Part shown: piece by piece, positions 46,531-59,600 of the stretch
Numbering within the stretch: the first letter of the stretch is position 1
How the letters are laid out: every line of letters begins with the position of its first letter
Assembly (NCBI GenBank): GCA_013239625.1
Contig: MU054466.1
Location: 62,001-126,000 of the forward strand
Length of the DNA stretch: 64,000 nt
Direction of reading: 5' to 3'
DNA from: Lama guanicoe
Taxonomy: Eukaryota
The notes under the pieces: generated by a model
What the model was told of the DNA's origin: nothing
The model's input: only the letters and a program-made list of their open reading frames with translations
The model's database searches: none
Program-made: the position numbers and the translations under genes

Positions 46531-49069
46531 GAGTAACAGCTCTTAACTACAAAATTATTTAACTTCTCTTCCATCTTATCTCTCATTTATTCACTTTATG
46601 GGGATCAGGGGGCAAGAGAATTTGGCGGCTGTAAATTCAAAGAAAAAAAAGCACCATGTTCCCCTCACTGTAGTGGTGTCCCTCCCCCCGCAGGTTCCAG
46701 GGATGGGATCAGGTTCTGTCTGCTGCTCACCTCTCGTTTCAGGTTCTCCAAGTGGTCATGAGTGCTATGTGGCAGTCAGTGTAGGACAGGGAAAGGCTTG
46801 GGGTCCCAGGCCCATAACACTCATCCCCCGGAGCCCCTCAAGATGACCTGTACTGAGCGTCGCTCGCACGGTCCGTGTTGGGATTCAGACGGTGCCCGCA
46901 GTGGGCCCCCTGTTCTGGGTGTGGAGATGAGCCACCTCTGGGCTTCCCTTCGGGGCCCACAACACTGGTTTGTGAATTAAGCGTACTAAATGCATTCACA
47001 GAGCAACAACTAGACAGCAGTCCTGCTGAAGTAGATTTGGATCCTCTGCACGGGACTGGCGGCTGAGCGGGGCGCCCAGCGCAGCTGGGGCCGCGGTCCG
47101 TCAGAGGAAGATGTAAAGGAAACCCCTCCTCTGGAGGCCTCTGCGCAGCCAGTGTGCCCAAGCGTCTGGGGACTGACTTTTAGCCTTTACAAACATCCTT
47201 CTGTGTCAATGTTGGCGTTTGCAACAGCTTTTGTTTCATTTAGGTCATACGGCGCTTTTCTAAGCCCTTACCAAGCGTCAGTCTAAAACAGTTGCTCTGC
47301 ATTCTTGGTCGGCTGGACACAAAGGTGACTATTTCCACTGTCTCATCTGCAGTAGAGGAGCGGAGCCTTCCTCTCGGACTCTAGCGTGTGGCGCTTCGAT
47401 GATCGGGTCGTCTCGGCGAGGGGTGAGGCTGGCCCGGACAGAGGCGTCCTCTCAGCCTCCTCCTGAGGCCCCGCTGGGACGTGATCTGTGAGTAGGTGCC
47501 GCAGGGTCTTTCACCACCCAGGAGTGCGACTTCGGAGCCTCCTTCTCGCCGCTGCCTTTGATCTGAGAAGGCTGGGCCGGCACGGGTGGGTTCTGGGGGC
47601 AAGTGCCCTGGGTGCCCCACTCTCCACTGTGTCGTGTGCGGGGGCGCGTTCAAACTCACTGGTGACGGAGGCTGTCAGTCGGGGGCCTCTGCTGCTGTGT
47701 CTGTTTGCAGCAAGGAGTTGTTTCCATCTTCCCAAGACCCAGCGATTTCCAAGTGCCTTTCAGACCTGACACGTGAACATCTGCCTTAGATTTAAAAAGG
47801 AAAAAAAAAGGTTAGAAAACTCAGATTTTGCAGGTGAGAAAGTCAGAGTGTTGGCATGGCGTAGCTCAGTCCTGATCCATCCCCGCTGACCCTGGAAGAC
47901 TGAACGACATGGGCAAAGCTGGCTGACAGTGCTCTGCCTCCTGGAGATTTCCATGGTTCCCCCAAAGTTCTGTGTGGTCCCTCCTGAAAATTGGGTGCTT
48001 GCTGGGGACTTCTGCTGGATGACAGATTGGGTCCAGATTTTGAATCTGAGACGTTTAGTGAAAGCCAGTTAGTCTCAGCCTTGGGGCTTTCAGGGTTTGT
48101 GAGATTTTTATGGAAGCAGGGCATGCTGTCTGTGTCTGGAAGGACAGGAGCCTGAGCCCTGGGCACATAGCCTTTGTGTGTCAGGGTACAGTGGGGCGGA
48201 CGTGGTGGAAGCTGGTTTCTCTCTTCGTGGGGGGCAGCTGGAGGTCCAGAGGGAGCAGTAGAGGGCGTGGGGGCTCTGTACACGTCGCCAAACAGGTTGG
48301 GGTTTATGTTGAAAGGGGCCACAAGCCCCAGGCACAGCACGCTCGGGGCAGCTGTGGGACTGGTGCATTTAAGGGGCGCGCCGCGGGCAGGGCGCCCGGC
48401 GGGGACAGGGTGCTGACGAACGGTCCTCAGAGGCAGGGGCCTGCTGGCCCCACAGACACAGATGTGGGCACTCCCTCTGTAAAGACTGCAGTGGTGGTTC
48501 ACAGGCACCCCATCCGAGATCACAGTAACGTCGGCATCACGGAAGGCTGTGGATCTGCCTGAATCCTGACTTTGCTGTGAGTGTGCACCACCCCGTGGGG
48601 CCTGTGTGGGCGTCAGCTCCTGCTGACAAGACTGTGCGGGACCCCAGAACGCACTCATGCAGCGCCACTGCAGTTGGCCGGGTTTGTGTGTGGCTGGGGC
48701 TTGGGGGACAGCCGTCAGACGTCCTGTTATCCTGGGTGAGCCTCCAGCCGTGGAGGCCCAGTCGCCTCGTTATTCCGCACCAGCCTTGCCCTGAGCTTGG
48801 TGGCGGCCTGACCTGCTGGAACCCTGGTTTCCCAGTGGTCCTGGCCGCCAGCGCAGGGCCAAGGGCTGAGCAGGATGTGAGCCTCCGAAGGCCGAGCAGA
48901 GCCCATCACAAACCCCTTCCCTGTGGGTGGGGCCTCCCTGACCCGGGCCCCCGAAGCCCTGGGCCCCGGCCGCTCCGGCCACATAGGAGCTGCCTCCTCG
49001 GTGCCCTCTGCATCCCAGCAGGGGTGCCGGCCTGTCGGTGCAGGGCCTTGGCCCCACTGTCTCCAGCAG

Positions 49070-49132
49070 GGGAGACAGCACCTGGCACGCAGGAAGTGCT
49101 GAGCAAACACTTGTTAAGTGAATGAATGAATG
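49070..49132 (+). mobile_element. L2 3' terminus
   Basis: agcacctggcacgcaggaagtgctgagcaaacacttgttaagtgaatgaatgaatg. Confidence 0.75.
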
Positions 49133-50634
49133 GGTTTAAGGAAGTTTGCTGTGCCGGGGGAATTTACATGGCCACAGTGACGTCGCACTAGATGAAGTGG
49201 CAGCAGACGTCTGCTGTGTCCTTCACTGTGCCGGGGCGGGGGGCCAGGACTGAGTGAGGGGACCGCAGGGCATCCCCGGGGAGTCCCCTTAGCTGTCTTC
49301 TTGGGGGAAATGCCACGCAACTGACTGAACTTGAAGTCGATAACCCTAATTTTCACTGAATTCAAAACTTGTTAAAGTAAATGTACTTAGTTTTCCTGTA
49401 ATTCTTCGATACATCCATTCACACACCTGAAGAGCGAGGTGTCAGAGATCAAGAGTGACTGAAGCTGGAGGGCTGCCGGCCAGAGCGCGTGGGTATTTTG
49501 GAGCCAGAGAAACCACGGTTGGGGCAGCTGAGGCGGCCGGCGCTCTGTCGGGGAGCCTCCCAGGGCTGAGCGGTGGGCTCTGAAGGCAGTGCGTAGGGAA
49601 GCCAAGGCCGAGGCTTCGGTGGGGGGAGGGGAGTGGAAGGAGGGGCCAGGGGTGGCCGGCAGAGACGCATGCCTGCCTCGCCTGCTCCTCTGCTGGAGCC
49701 CTGGAGCTCATGCTGTGTTGGCCTGTGGTAGTTTCTCCGTTTAGCTGCTTAGTGCTGAGCAGCTCCTGTGTCCTGGGGCTCCAGGGCATGCTGGGAGGAA
49801 GGAGACTCAAGCAGTAAGCCGCCCCCAGGGAACTGGAGTCTGGTGGTGGCTGCTCGGTTCTGGAAGGAAGGTTAGGGGGAGTTCCTGGAGGGACCCTCTA
49901 GGTGGTCTAGTGACAGAAGGGGCCTGCATGCCGGTTGGGAGGAGCATTCCAGGCGGGGGCAGCTGGGTCGCAGACGGACAGCGTGGTGGCCCAGGCCCAG
50001 GTGTTGCAGTGGACAGAGGGGCAGGAAGCCCGGGGTGGGGGAAGGCTTTTTTAAAGATCCCTTTGTTGGCCATAGAAGGGCAAGGGCAGAGCAGAGGGGC
50101 CAGCTCAGGCCCCCAGATGACCCCTTCCAGTCACCAGTTGCAAGTCCAGGTTGTCGCCTGTCTCTGCCCAAGTGCTGTAAATCGAGGCTCCCCCCACCAA
50201 CTCTCCTCGGTTCAGAGCCGCTGGAGCAGCTCCCAGCACTCAGGAGAGCGCTTTCCCTGCTGGATCACTAGGTTATTTCCTGCGGATATGACCCAGAGCC
50301 GCCCAAGGGAGGAGCGGCGCAGGCCCCGTGCTCGCCAGCCCGCAGCCCGGGCCTCTGCAGACCTGGGAGTTCACGGGTCTCTGGACGCTTCTGAAGCCTC
50401 GCAGGATGGTTAGTCAAACCCATCCAGCTGCCTTCACTAATCAGGGTCGTGTGAGACGGGCCTGCCCCCAGGCTGCAGGCCGCCTAAACCGTGAGGGGTT
50501 TGCCTGGCTGGTTCCCAGGGGCTTGGAGGCACCTGCATCTGCTTCCAGCTGAGCCAGTTAACATTGGGTGGGCCATGGACCCTCCCACTGGGCTCCAAGG
50601 AGGGGGACTGGCCGCTTGGTGACCTTTTCACATT

Positions 50635-51110
50635 GGAGAGTCGGAGACACCACCCTCAAAACACGCAGAAGCCCGGACAGGTCTGCGCAGAGCGGTTACC
50701 ACGCCTTTTCCCAGTTACCTTTCCGCGCGCCCCCGTCTTGGACGCCCTGCTTCTTTAGTCCGGATCCTACAAATACCCGAGCCCCTTGCCTCCAGGGAGG
50801 TGGGACTTGAGATCCATTCTCCTTGCTTGGCTACAGACCTCGGGGGCTCAGCAGTTTGGCTTGCTGTGTGGGAGCAGAACGAACCTGCTGGGTAACATTT
50901 GGTGGTAAGTCAGAGAGACCTGCTGCCCGAGGCTTGCTGGCCCCTTGCCGGAGCTGGGGGCCTGTGGTGGGTCTGAACAGCCGGCTGGTCCGTTTGTTCC
51001 AGGGACCGTCCCCCACATTTCCCCAGCCGGGTGCCGCCAACCTTTGGCCCTTAGTTTCATTTTGCAGCAAAGAAATGGGTCTTGGGGTTTGGGAGACATC
51101 TTAGGTGAGT
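50635..51110 (+). mobile_element. ERV1-like LTR fragment (MER34/39-like) plus start of internal leader
   Basis: LTR 3' end ttggcttgctgtgtgggagcagaacgaacctgctgggtaaca (50897) followed by PBS-like tttggtgg, then ttag|gtgagt at 51105. Confidence 0.55.
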
Positions 51111-51189
51111 GATCTTGTTAAAGAAATGCCCCTCTGCTAGATTGGCAGTCCTGTCCAGATTGTGGGTTGGAGGCCCACCTGGCAGGATC

Positions 51190-51530
51190 TGGGCAGTCCC
51201 GACCAGATCACACAGGCATAGTTGATTAAACTGTCGGCTATTGGTGATTGATTCAGCCTCCAGCTCCTCCCCTCCCCCTGAAAGGTGGGCAGTGGGGTTG
51301 AAGGTTCCAACCCTCTAACCACGTGGTTGGGTCCCCTGGCAATAGCCCCTATCCTGGGTCATCCAGGATCTTTCCAGAACCACCACGTTAACAGAAACTC
51401 GGGTGTGGTTGGAAGAGGTTTGTTACCAGTACAAGGAGACACCCTTTCACCTGGAGTCATTTCAAAGCCAGAGATAACTACAGAAGCCCCGTAGCTGCTG
51501 CCACTGAGGAAGGTTTCAGGAGCTTCGGGC
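51190..51530. mobile_element. MER21-like LTR fragment
   Basis: gttgattaaactgtcggctattggtgattgattcagcctccagctcctcccctcccc...gaaggttccaaccctctaaccacgtggttgggtcccctggcaa. Confidence 0.7.
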
Positions 51531-51539
51531 TGGCAGCCA

Positions 51540-52876
51540 TGGCTGAAGGGCAGTGTGGCATCTCCCACTGTCACAGCACACGGGGCCCTGCGGGCTCCCC
51601 CCGCCCTCTCAGCCTCGGTGCCCGTGGCCCCTCCTCCGGGACGTGCGCCCCCTCTCAGGTGCAGTCGCCCCAGACGGGCTGGGCTGCAAGTGCGTGCCCC
51701 CCGCCCGAGCAGGCCTGCGGCCCGGGGATGCAGAGAAGAGCTGTGGGCAGGTGCTTGTGCCGGGTGAGCTTGGGGTGGGCCCCTGAGGACTGGGGCTGCA
51801 GGGACCAGCCTCGAGACACAAGAGCCCTGTCACGGGTGCTGACAGCGGCTTCCCCTCCACGGGGCCTGGGCGGCCACATGCCTCCGCCCTCCGGCTGCTT
51901 TCACACGGGGGCCCTGTGGCCTGCCAGCCCCACGTGCTTACCGGCTGGCCCTGCACGGAGAGAGCCTGTCAGGCCCTGCCCTCCACGGCTCGTTGCCCTT
52001 AAAGCAAAGCTACACGAGGAGTTCGTGTGGCTCTAAGTGCAGTGGCTTCGCCCGAGGAGCCGCCTGCCCGTTTCCTCGCAGAGGGCGCCCGCCCTGCGGC
52101 AGCTCGGTTTCCGGGCGCCCCGCGCCCCAGCGGGCCCTCCGCCCTAGGCGCCTTGAAGGCCCAGTCCTGCTGCTGGTCAGGGCCCGCCTTCTCATCATCC
52201 TGTCTGCGTGCTGAGCACCGCTGTGCTGCGCTCAGAGGCAACGAGTGTCAAAAGCTTCTTTCGTGTTTCCAGCGCGTACGTAACACACGCCTTCTCCCAG
52301 AAGACATACACTGTTGTTTAGTCCTGACGGAATATTTTGAGAGTCTCCGAATTCTAGCCCAGACCTTTCTGACAATTTCTCCTTTACTTGCTGTTGTTGC
52401 TGTTGTTACCAAGATCTTAACAGTAATAGTTCTGGTTACACAGATAACCTTCTGGTGGGGTGTGCGCGTGTTTTTCCCTTCCTCCAGGGCTTTGTGTGCT
52501 CTGCTGTTGGTGAGCACCTTAGGCAGGGCCGGGTGTTCAAGCTCGTACACTGAGCAAGGACTTGGTTGTGGACAAGGGTGCTGGTGGCAGCAGCTCCGAG
52601 CAGAGGGCTGACTTGAGGTCCCACAAAGAGTTCAGTCACCATAAATCTGATGCCATCGAAGCGTTGTGTAAAATGAAGAAATTGTCCGTTTGTTATGTCC
52701 ACTGGGCTCTAAAAAGCAGTGTTTCATTGTAGAGCTGTTGTTGGTATTTGTCGTCAGTGATCTCAGGAGTGAAATGGTCTTCACGTCTCTAAAGAGTAGT
52801 GTTCTTCCTGATTTAGAGAGTGTTTGCAGGCTTAAGCATTCCAAGAGTTAATGTTTAAAAAGAAGAAAAGAAAAAC
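51540..52876 (+). pseudogene. Candidate processed pseudogene of an unidentified membrane-protein gene
   Basis: Interrupted protein-like frames ending in hydrophobic segments, then AT-rich UTR-like sequence and an A-rich tail at 52857-52876; 5' boundary uncertain. Confidence 0.45.
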
Positions 52877-53624
52877 CCCTCAGGCTGTCCTGTTCCATCT
52901 GCATTTGTCTGTGGACATTTGCTTTGCATTGACCAAAGGGGACCAGTATGGATACTGTTAGTGTCCGCTCAGGAGGGGGCTGCGTGGAACCTCTACAACG
53001 TGCAGGGCGTCTTCAGAGGCCCTGACATCTTGCTCCTGTTAGAGATCTCCGTCGGCCCCGGAGGGCTTCCGTGACTGCTGACCCTGTGAGTTGAGAGGAC
53101 CTGGAACAGGGTGTGTGTCTCTTCTTGAAAAAGACCTACTTAAAATTAATCAGACATTTTAGATCCTTTGGGGACAAAGATACACAAAAGCCACTGCCAG
53201 ACGCCAGCCTCAGACCCCATGCAGCCCTTCGGGAACGCGTTCAGAGCAGGTATCGTTCGTTCACACGCCACCCTCTGCCCGGAGATGCCAGCCTGAACAC
53301 CCTCTGGGCTGTTGCGACGCAGGCGGGGCCTGACCCATGGCCTGGGCCCATCGCAAAGGTCAGGCCTGGGAGAACCCCCCAGGTGGTCTTACGCTTCCAA
53401 ATCCACTCCTCCCCTGCCAGGTGACAGAATGGGGCCTGTCGTGGGGGTGCCCTGCTGGGGAGCAACCATCAGCAGCCCCGCCCCTAGGGACCAGCCTTGG
53501 CAGATGTGGGGAGCAGGTCTTGAGACACTTGTTGAGAATTTGATGAAGTTTTATGCTGTTGAATCTAACTTAAATTAGAGTTGTATATTATATATCTTTG
53601 TGTTTTTAGTTTTGTTTTTCCTAG

Positions 53625-53691
53625 GACGTTATTGTGTTTTACGAAAGTATCCATCCACGATGGTCAGGAGCAAAGGTGCCTGCTCCTGGGG
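53625..53691 (+). other. Candidate 5'UTR exon of CCDC57
   Basis: Strong acceptor ttttgtttttcctag| and donor gg|gtgagc; 67 nt; about 450 nt upstream of the first coding exon. Confidence 0.45.
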
Positions 53692-54150
53692 GTGAGCCTC
53701 CCAGGAGCCAGAGGGCAGCTCCGGGGGTGAGCGAGGGGCGGGACAGAGCAGCGGCCTTGGGTGTTATTTGCAAAATGGAGAGAGCTTTGGGAAACCATTT
53801 GAAAGAGCCTAGCTCTCGTTGTTGAGCAAACACCGTCTCCTGTCTTTCCTTCCTCTCTTCCCCCTGTGATCCTGTACTGACTGCCCTGTTCCCTCTGCTT
53901 TCGGGTCAGGATAGGTAGAGAGAGCCTTTGGGACTGGGCCTGGTGTGCCCCTGGCCTGCTGGGCCCTCGGGTGCTGCCTGTGACTCTCCAGAACTCAGGC
54001 TGTGACCAGACGGCTGGTACCCCGCCCAGAGCACCCTCCTGCTTCCGTGACAGTGGTCACCTAGATGGGGACCTGTAGTGGGCATCGTGGGAAGATAGCC
54101 TCCCTCCCGGTGAACCTGATGCCTGTCTTCTCTTTGCTGTAGCTGCCGAA

Positions 54151-54557
54151 ATGCGGCCCCCGCCCTCGGAACAGGCCCTGGACGCCCTACTGGCTCACAA
54201 GGAGGAGGAGTGGAGGGCGCTGCAGGCCCACCGCTCCCAGATGCAGGAGGCGGCCCTGAAGGACGCGCAGGGCCGGCTGGAGGAGGCGCAGGGGAGGCTG
54301 CAGTGCCTGCAGGAGGACTTTGTCTACAACCTGCAGGTGCTGGAGGAGCGGGACCGGGAGCTGGAGCGCTACGATGCCGCCTTCGCCCAGGCCCGCGGGC
54401 TGGAGGAGGCCAGGCAGGCTGAGGCAAGCCAGCTCAAGATCGAGGTAGCCAAGCTGAGAAAGGCACTCGCCAGTGAGGCCCAGCGGCTCAGGGACCTGCA
54501 GCAGCAGTACCAGCGGAAGCTGCAGGAGCACCACCTGGAGCTGGAGCGGACCCACAG
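54151..54557 (+). CDS. CCDC57: Coiled-coil domain-containing protein 57, first coding exon (acceptor at 54143)
   Basis: MRPPPSEQALDALLAHKEEEWRALQAHRSQMQEAAL...LQEDFVYNLQVLEERDRELERYDAAF...LELERTH; donor ACAG|gtgagt; synteny with SLC16A3. Confidence 0.95.
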
Positions 54558-55289
54558 GTGAGTAGGGCGCCGCTCCCCGGCCTGCGCACCGCCCCAGCTT
54601 GTGGCCCGAAGGCCGACGAGCCCACACCTGGGTGTCTCTCTGGGTCCCGGTGCAACTGAAGTTCGTGGAGATGGATTTAAGTATTTGTATTTTCCCATAA
54701 ATTTCAGATCTATATCATTTTCACAAAACATATATGAGTTTATTACTTTAATGATGTGAATATGTGTTAAATTTGAAAGTGAGTGAGCTGACTTGAGGCT
54801 CTGTTCAGGGTAAGAAAGAAGACAGGCCTCACCTACGGGATCTGCTGCCGCCTTCCCCTGACTTCAGGGCGCGTGTTCCTGGTACCACGTTCCCGAGTGG
54901 GGCCACCTTTGCCTGCAAGCCCCTGACCTGTAACAACACAGGGTCCCTGCAGCGGACACTCCTGTGCCAGGAGCCATGGTCCTCAGGGAGGCTCGAGGTG
55001 CTCCCGGCTCCCCTGCAGGCTCCTGGTCCTTGTGGGAAGTGTCATTTATCTAAGTGGTGTGGCTTGGCCCTCCACCAGGCTCCAGGAAAGCGCTCGAGTC
55101 CAACCCACGTCAGCCGGTCCTGAGTGGAGCGGGGCCGGTTCCTAGCTGCTGGGGCCCAGGCCATCCCGCCCGCACTGTCCGGGCACGCGGGGCGCACGGG
55201 GAGGATCAGAGGCAGGTGTGGTCGATGCTGCGACCTGTGCGGCCGCGTCGCCCTCCATGGGGACTGCTTTCTCCCTCTTGGCTGTTGGA

Positions 55290-55940
55290 GCGGTTTCAGT
55301 GTTCTTCAGGTGCTTTACATTATTCCGAGAAGTGCCTCCTGGAGTATTTTACTCATTCTTTTCCACCAAATTTAGGGCATTTTCAAGCATTATTTCTTCA
55401 CATGAGTTTCTATCTCCAGGCTCTGTTTTGTGCTGTTCCGGGGTCCCAGTGACAGCGATGTGAATGCTTGCTCTTTTGTTGCCCCTCAGGTCCCTGAGGC
55501 GCTGTTCATTTTTTCTCAGCCTGTGTCTTCCTGTGGTTCAAGTCGGGTGACTTCTGCTGCCCTGTCTTCAGGCTTCGTGACTCTCCCCTCCGCCGTTTCC
55601 TCTGCCCCTGAGCCCGCCCAGCATGTGCTCTGTTTCAGTTTTGTACTTCTCAGCTCTCACATTTCCATTTGACTCTTTGTTATATTTCCTCTCGGCTCAG
55701 AGTCCTGTTTCCCATGTGTCTCATGTGTGTGAAATTGCTTGCTGAAGCGCTTCTCTGGTGGCTGCTCTCAAGCCCTGTGAGGATCCCAGCATCTGTGTCG
55801 TCGTCACTGGCAGCGGCCGATGGTCTGTTCTCATTCACGTGGAGACTTTCCTGGTCCTTGTCCGCCCGGTGACTTTGATTGTATCCTAGGCACTTCGGGA
55901 ATCCTGTTGTGAGACTCCGGATCCTGTGTCATGTTCTCGT
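55290..55940 (-). mobile_element. Degraded antisense L1M fragment
   Basis: ttccaccaaatttagggcattttcaagcattatttcttca...tcaggtccctgaggcgctgttcatttttt...ttgtacttctcagctct. Confidence 0.65.
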
Positions 55941-56045
55941 TTGCAGGAGTCACCCGTCACCTCATGTCTGCAGGGATGGTCTGGCAACTGTGTAGTTTGG
56001 AGAATGTTGAGTGTGACCCTTCTTAATGCTGCGTTTTCCACATAG

Positions 56046-56154
56046 TGACAAGAATGGTGAGATGGACCAGCAGCGGGAGCTGTACGAAAACCTCAAGTGG
56101 AAGCTGGAGCGGAAACTCCAGGAGCTCGACGGCGAACTTGCTCTGCAGCGGCAG
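56046..56154 (+). CDS. CCDC57: CCDC57 coding exon 2
   Basis: catag|TGAC...GCAG|gtaggg; 109 nt; (S)DKNGEMDQQRELYENLKWKLERKLQELDGELALQRQ; phase fits. Confidence 0.95.
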
Positions 56155-56574
56155 GTAGGGTGCAGGGTCTTGTCCCTTCTCAGGTGCCCTCCCTCTGGCC
56201 CTGAAACCAGTGTTGTACCAGGTGAAGGTGGGCACCTTGTGGTGTCCTGGGATCACAGCAGATTTCCGCTTGGTGCTGACCTGTAGGGAAATGCGATGGG
56301 GTGTCTGAATCTTCCTCAGTGGTGACCCCCTCCAGGGTTCCTTTCCTCCCTTGTTTTAGAAAGAAGTATTATGAAGCTAGAGTTATTTACTGTAGAAAAG
56401 AGCCGACGTCCACGTCTGGCAGAGCTGTGTGTTTGCAGGGGATGGGCCCCCGGCCCCTCTCCTGCAGGGCTGCCCGAGCGCTCGCCACAGCAGGGGCCGG
56501 TGTGCGTGGACTCTGCCTGCACGGAGCTCCTCGGGCGCGTGTGACTGTGTCTGCTCAGCACGACACACACAGGT

Positions 56575-56680
56575 TGGATCCATGTCTGACAGGCGGGGCT
56601 GAGGTCCAGGGATGTTAAGTGACCTGCCCAAGGTGCCCCAGGAGAAGCAACAGAACCGTAACTTGACTCCAAGACGTCTT
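56575..56680. mobile_element. MIR fragment
   Basis: gctgaggtccagggatgttaagtgacctgcccaaggt. Confidence 0.6.
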
Positions 56681-59600
56681 TGCCGGGTGAACTCTCGGGC
56701 CCCAGGGCAACCGCTCACGTCTTATTTTTAGACTTGTGTCTGTGATGCTGGAGAGGGAGCTGGTCTTGGGCTGGCCCCCACTTCTTCCTGGAGCGATGCT
56801 GGGTGGGCCGCCGAACTCGGAGCTTGCCCCCATCTCCCAGTGGGGACCTGCCTGTGCTGGCGCCGCTCCAGGCCCCAGGGTCGGCAGTTCTCAAGGACAG
56901 ACCTGTGCCAGTGGTTTCGGTGGCCAGGACAGGGCAGCGTCCCAAGAGGTGCTGCTCCAGTGGGGGCGGAAAGGCACCTGTGGGCCTCCCGGTCCCTCCA
57001 ACTGCGCTCACGCATGCTCACACCTGCTGGCCATGGCCCTGGCCTTCCGGCCCCTCTGGAAGCTCAAGTCCGCTGTCCGAGCCGCCTCTGTTGCTCAGAG
57101 TGTCCTTCTGTGCTCTTGAAATTTCCTGCAGGGGACTTTCTCTTGGAGTTCTCAGGGACCAAAGAACTTTATGTGTTAGGGGCTAACTTGGAAACAGCTG
57201 GAGGTCACTGGGGCCTGAGCTGGGCAACCAAGAAAGAGCACCTGGGACCATCCGAGGCATGAGGAGGCTTCCTCAGGTGACGCTAGAGCCCCTTCCAAAG
57301 AAGGGGTGTCAGGAAGGCTGTGGGCAGTGGGGTCCGTCCCAGGCGGCAGGGCGGGCAGGGCCCTTGGAGGCACCGGGCCCCTGGGGCAGGGGGGTGGTGT
57401 CGCCGGGCTGGGTCTCAGGGTGTCTCCCCAGCCTGTCCAGCCCCACCCCCCGCGTCCATGCGCGCCCTGCAGGCGTGGGTGTTTACCAGCCGTGCGCCTG
57501 GAAAGAAGGAGCCTGGATGTCCGTCCCTCTGGCCGTGGGCTCTGTGCAGGGCCGGGCAGCTTGTCTAGTGCGGTTCCGGGACAGCCAGGCCTTGCCGGGC
57601 TCGGGGTGCCGCGCGCCGTCCGCTCCGGGGCAGCCTTCACGCCTTCATAAAAGAAACACAAGACAACAGGAACTGAGTTAGTCTGTGTGATGCTGATTGT
57701 GTCTGCTGGTTGTGGACAGTGGACTTGAGGAAGGGTCTTCACTGTCAGTCAGCAGTCACAGGACCAGAAGCCACTGGAGGAGAAGCAGAATGTTTCACTG
57801 ACTCGCTCACTCATTTGACAAGCAGTTTCTGTCAGGCGCCCTCCTGGGCTGTGGCGTTAGGGCTGCCCCGGGAGCGCACTGGCCTTCGGGGGCTGCATGG
57901 ACGCCTGAACCACGGTCTGGCTGGAGCTCACCTCCCCTGCGTGACCGTGAGGAGGGGCGCACTGCGGAGAGTCCTTGTGAGCCCGAGTCTGCGGGTGGCG
58001 AGGGTGTGCAGAGGGCGGCAGGTGCCCACGCATCTAGGGTGTCTCTGGGCCAGGTCTCCGGTTCAAGGGGCTGACGTGGGGCGGCGTAGGCCTCCCAGCC
58101 CTTGGGAGGATGGCCTTTGCTCCAGGTGAGGTGAGGATGCCTTGGAGGCTCATGAGGTTTTGAAAGGTCACCTGCTGTTGGACTGGGGACAGACCGTGCA
58201 GCCAGGGAAGCAGGGGACGGCGAGGGGGCTGCTGCAGCCCCAGTGGGAGGCGGGGGCTTGACCACTGGCCTGGCCAGGCCAGCGGACACACTGGTCTCTC
58301 AGGTGGTGTGAGCGGCGCGCACGAGGACGCCCCGGGGGGGCAGGTTGCTGTGTGTGGAGCTGGGCCGTGTGGGGAGGGTGGGGGGACGCCTGGGGGCTGC
58401 CAGGGAGGTGGCTCCTGGGCTCCCGCGGGTGTGTTGGGAGATCGGGTCACAGGGTGCGTCCCCACAGGGTGAGTGGAGACAGGGGCTATCGAGCTGAGCC
58501 TTGCACGCGAGGACAGGAAGGTGTGGGGGCGTTGGCACAGGGCGGGGGTTGCTGGGGGAGGGGAGACGGGAGCTGCGTGTCCCCGGGAGGGGAGGGGCGG
58601 AGTGGGCCTGAACGCCGCAGGGCGAAGCGCGGCCGGGCTTTCGTTGCCGAGGGCTCCCTGCCCCCTGGTGGCTGCCACCTGTAGACCCTGGAGCGGAAAC
58701 CAAACACTTGCTTGCTTTGTAAAGTGTGGGGGGAGTGAATCTCCACGATTTTCACTGTCTGATCCCCGTAAGGGTTACTCGTATGGCTCCTCACACTTCT
58801 CCCTGCTTCTCGGAGGATAAGGAACGTGCAATGTATGTGTTCAGTTGTCCTTGAGCACAGGATCTCTGTGGCCCCTTCGACCCTTGGAGACAGGGAGGGA
58901 GCCCGCCGCGTGTGTCCCAGGAGGAGGCGGTCGCGCTCCGCTGGGCCTCTCCTCCCCCAGGTCCCGCCTTCAGGTGACTGAGTCTGTCCAGTCCCCTTTG
59001 AAGCAGGAGCCCCAGTACTTGGGCAGAAATCTCGAATCCTGCTGACATGCTGTGCTTTCCGCGTGCTGGGCGGGGCCCTGGGTGGTCTCTAAGCCTGTCC
59101 CCACCAGCCCCTCTGTGGATGGCTTCCCGCACTGGCCACTGCCTCGCAGGCAGGTGTGGTTGTCACCTGTGCCCTGCTGCAGCCACAAGTGCCAAGTCAA
59201 GTCGCTGTTTCATTGAGATCGTGTCCCTCACTGTGAGTTCTGCGTCTCCATCCTTCATGTGTGGACCTGGCTGATGAATAAGCCTACCCAGACCTCCAGT
59301 CCCAAGGCCAGGTCAACCACGCACGACTCCTGCTCCGGCACCACTGGGAACAGGAACTGGGAGAACCCACAGCAGTGATGGGAGCGAGAGAACGGCCTCG
59401 GCCTGTGGATGCCTGAGCTTCTGCCTCCCCCAGAAGCGGGCGGGGGCTGTGGGCCTGCAGACCCCGAGAGCTTAGGACTCAGGGCGCCAGGGGCTCCCAC
59501 GTGCAGGACATCAGGTGGCAGTCTGTGTTTGGGGCAGTGACCTCCACCCCACCCTGCCCCATGTGCGGATGAAGGACCCAGAAGCCGGGAGCCCCTTCCT

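Noticed and set aside
47764-47833. Possible 70-nt CCDC57 5'UTR exon (tttcag| ... cag|gtgaga)
   Set aside because: Splice motifs only, with a short pyrimidine tract and no other support
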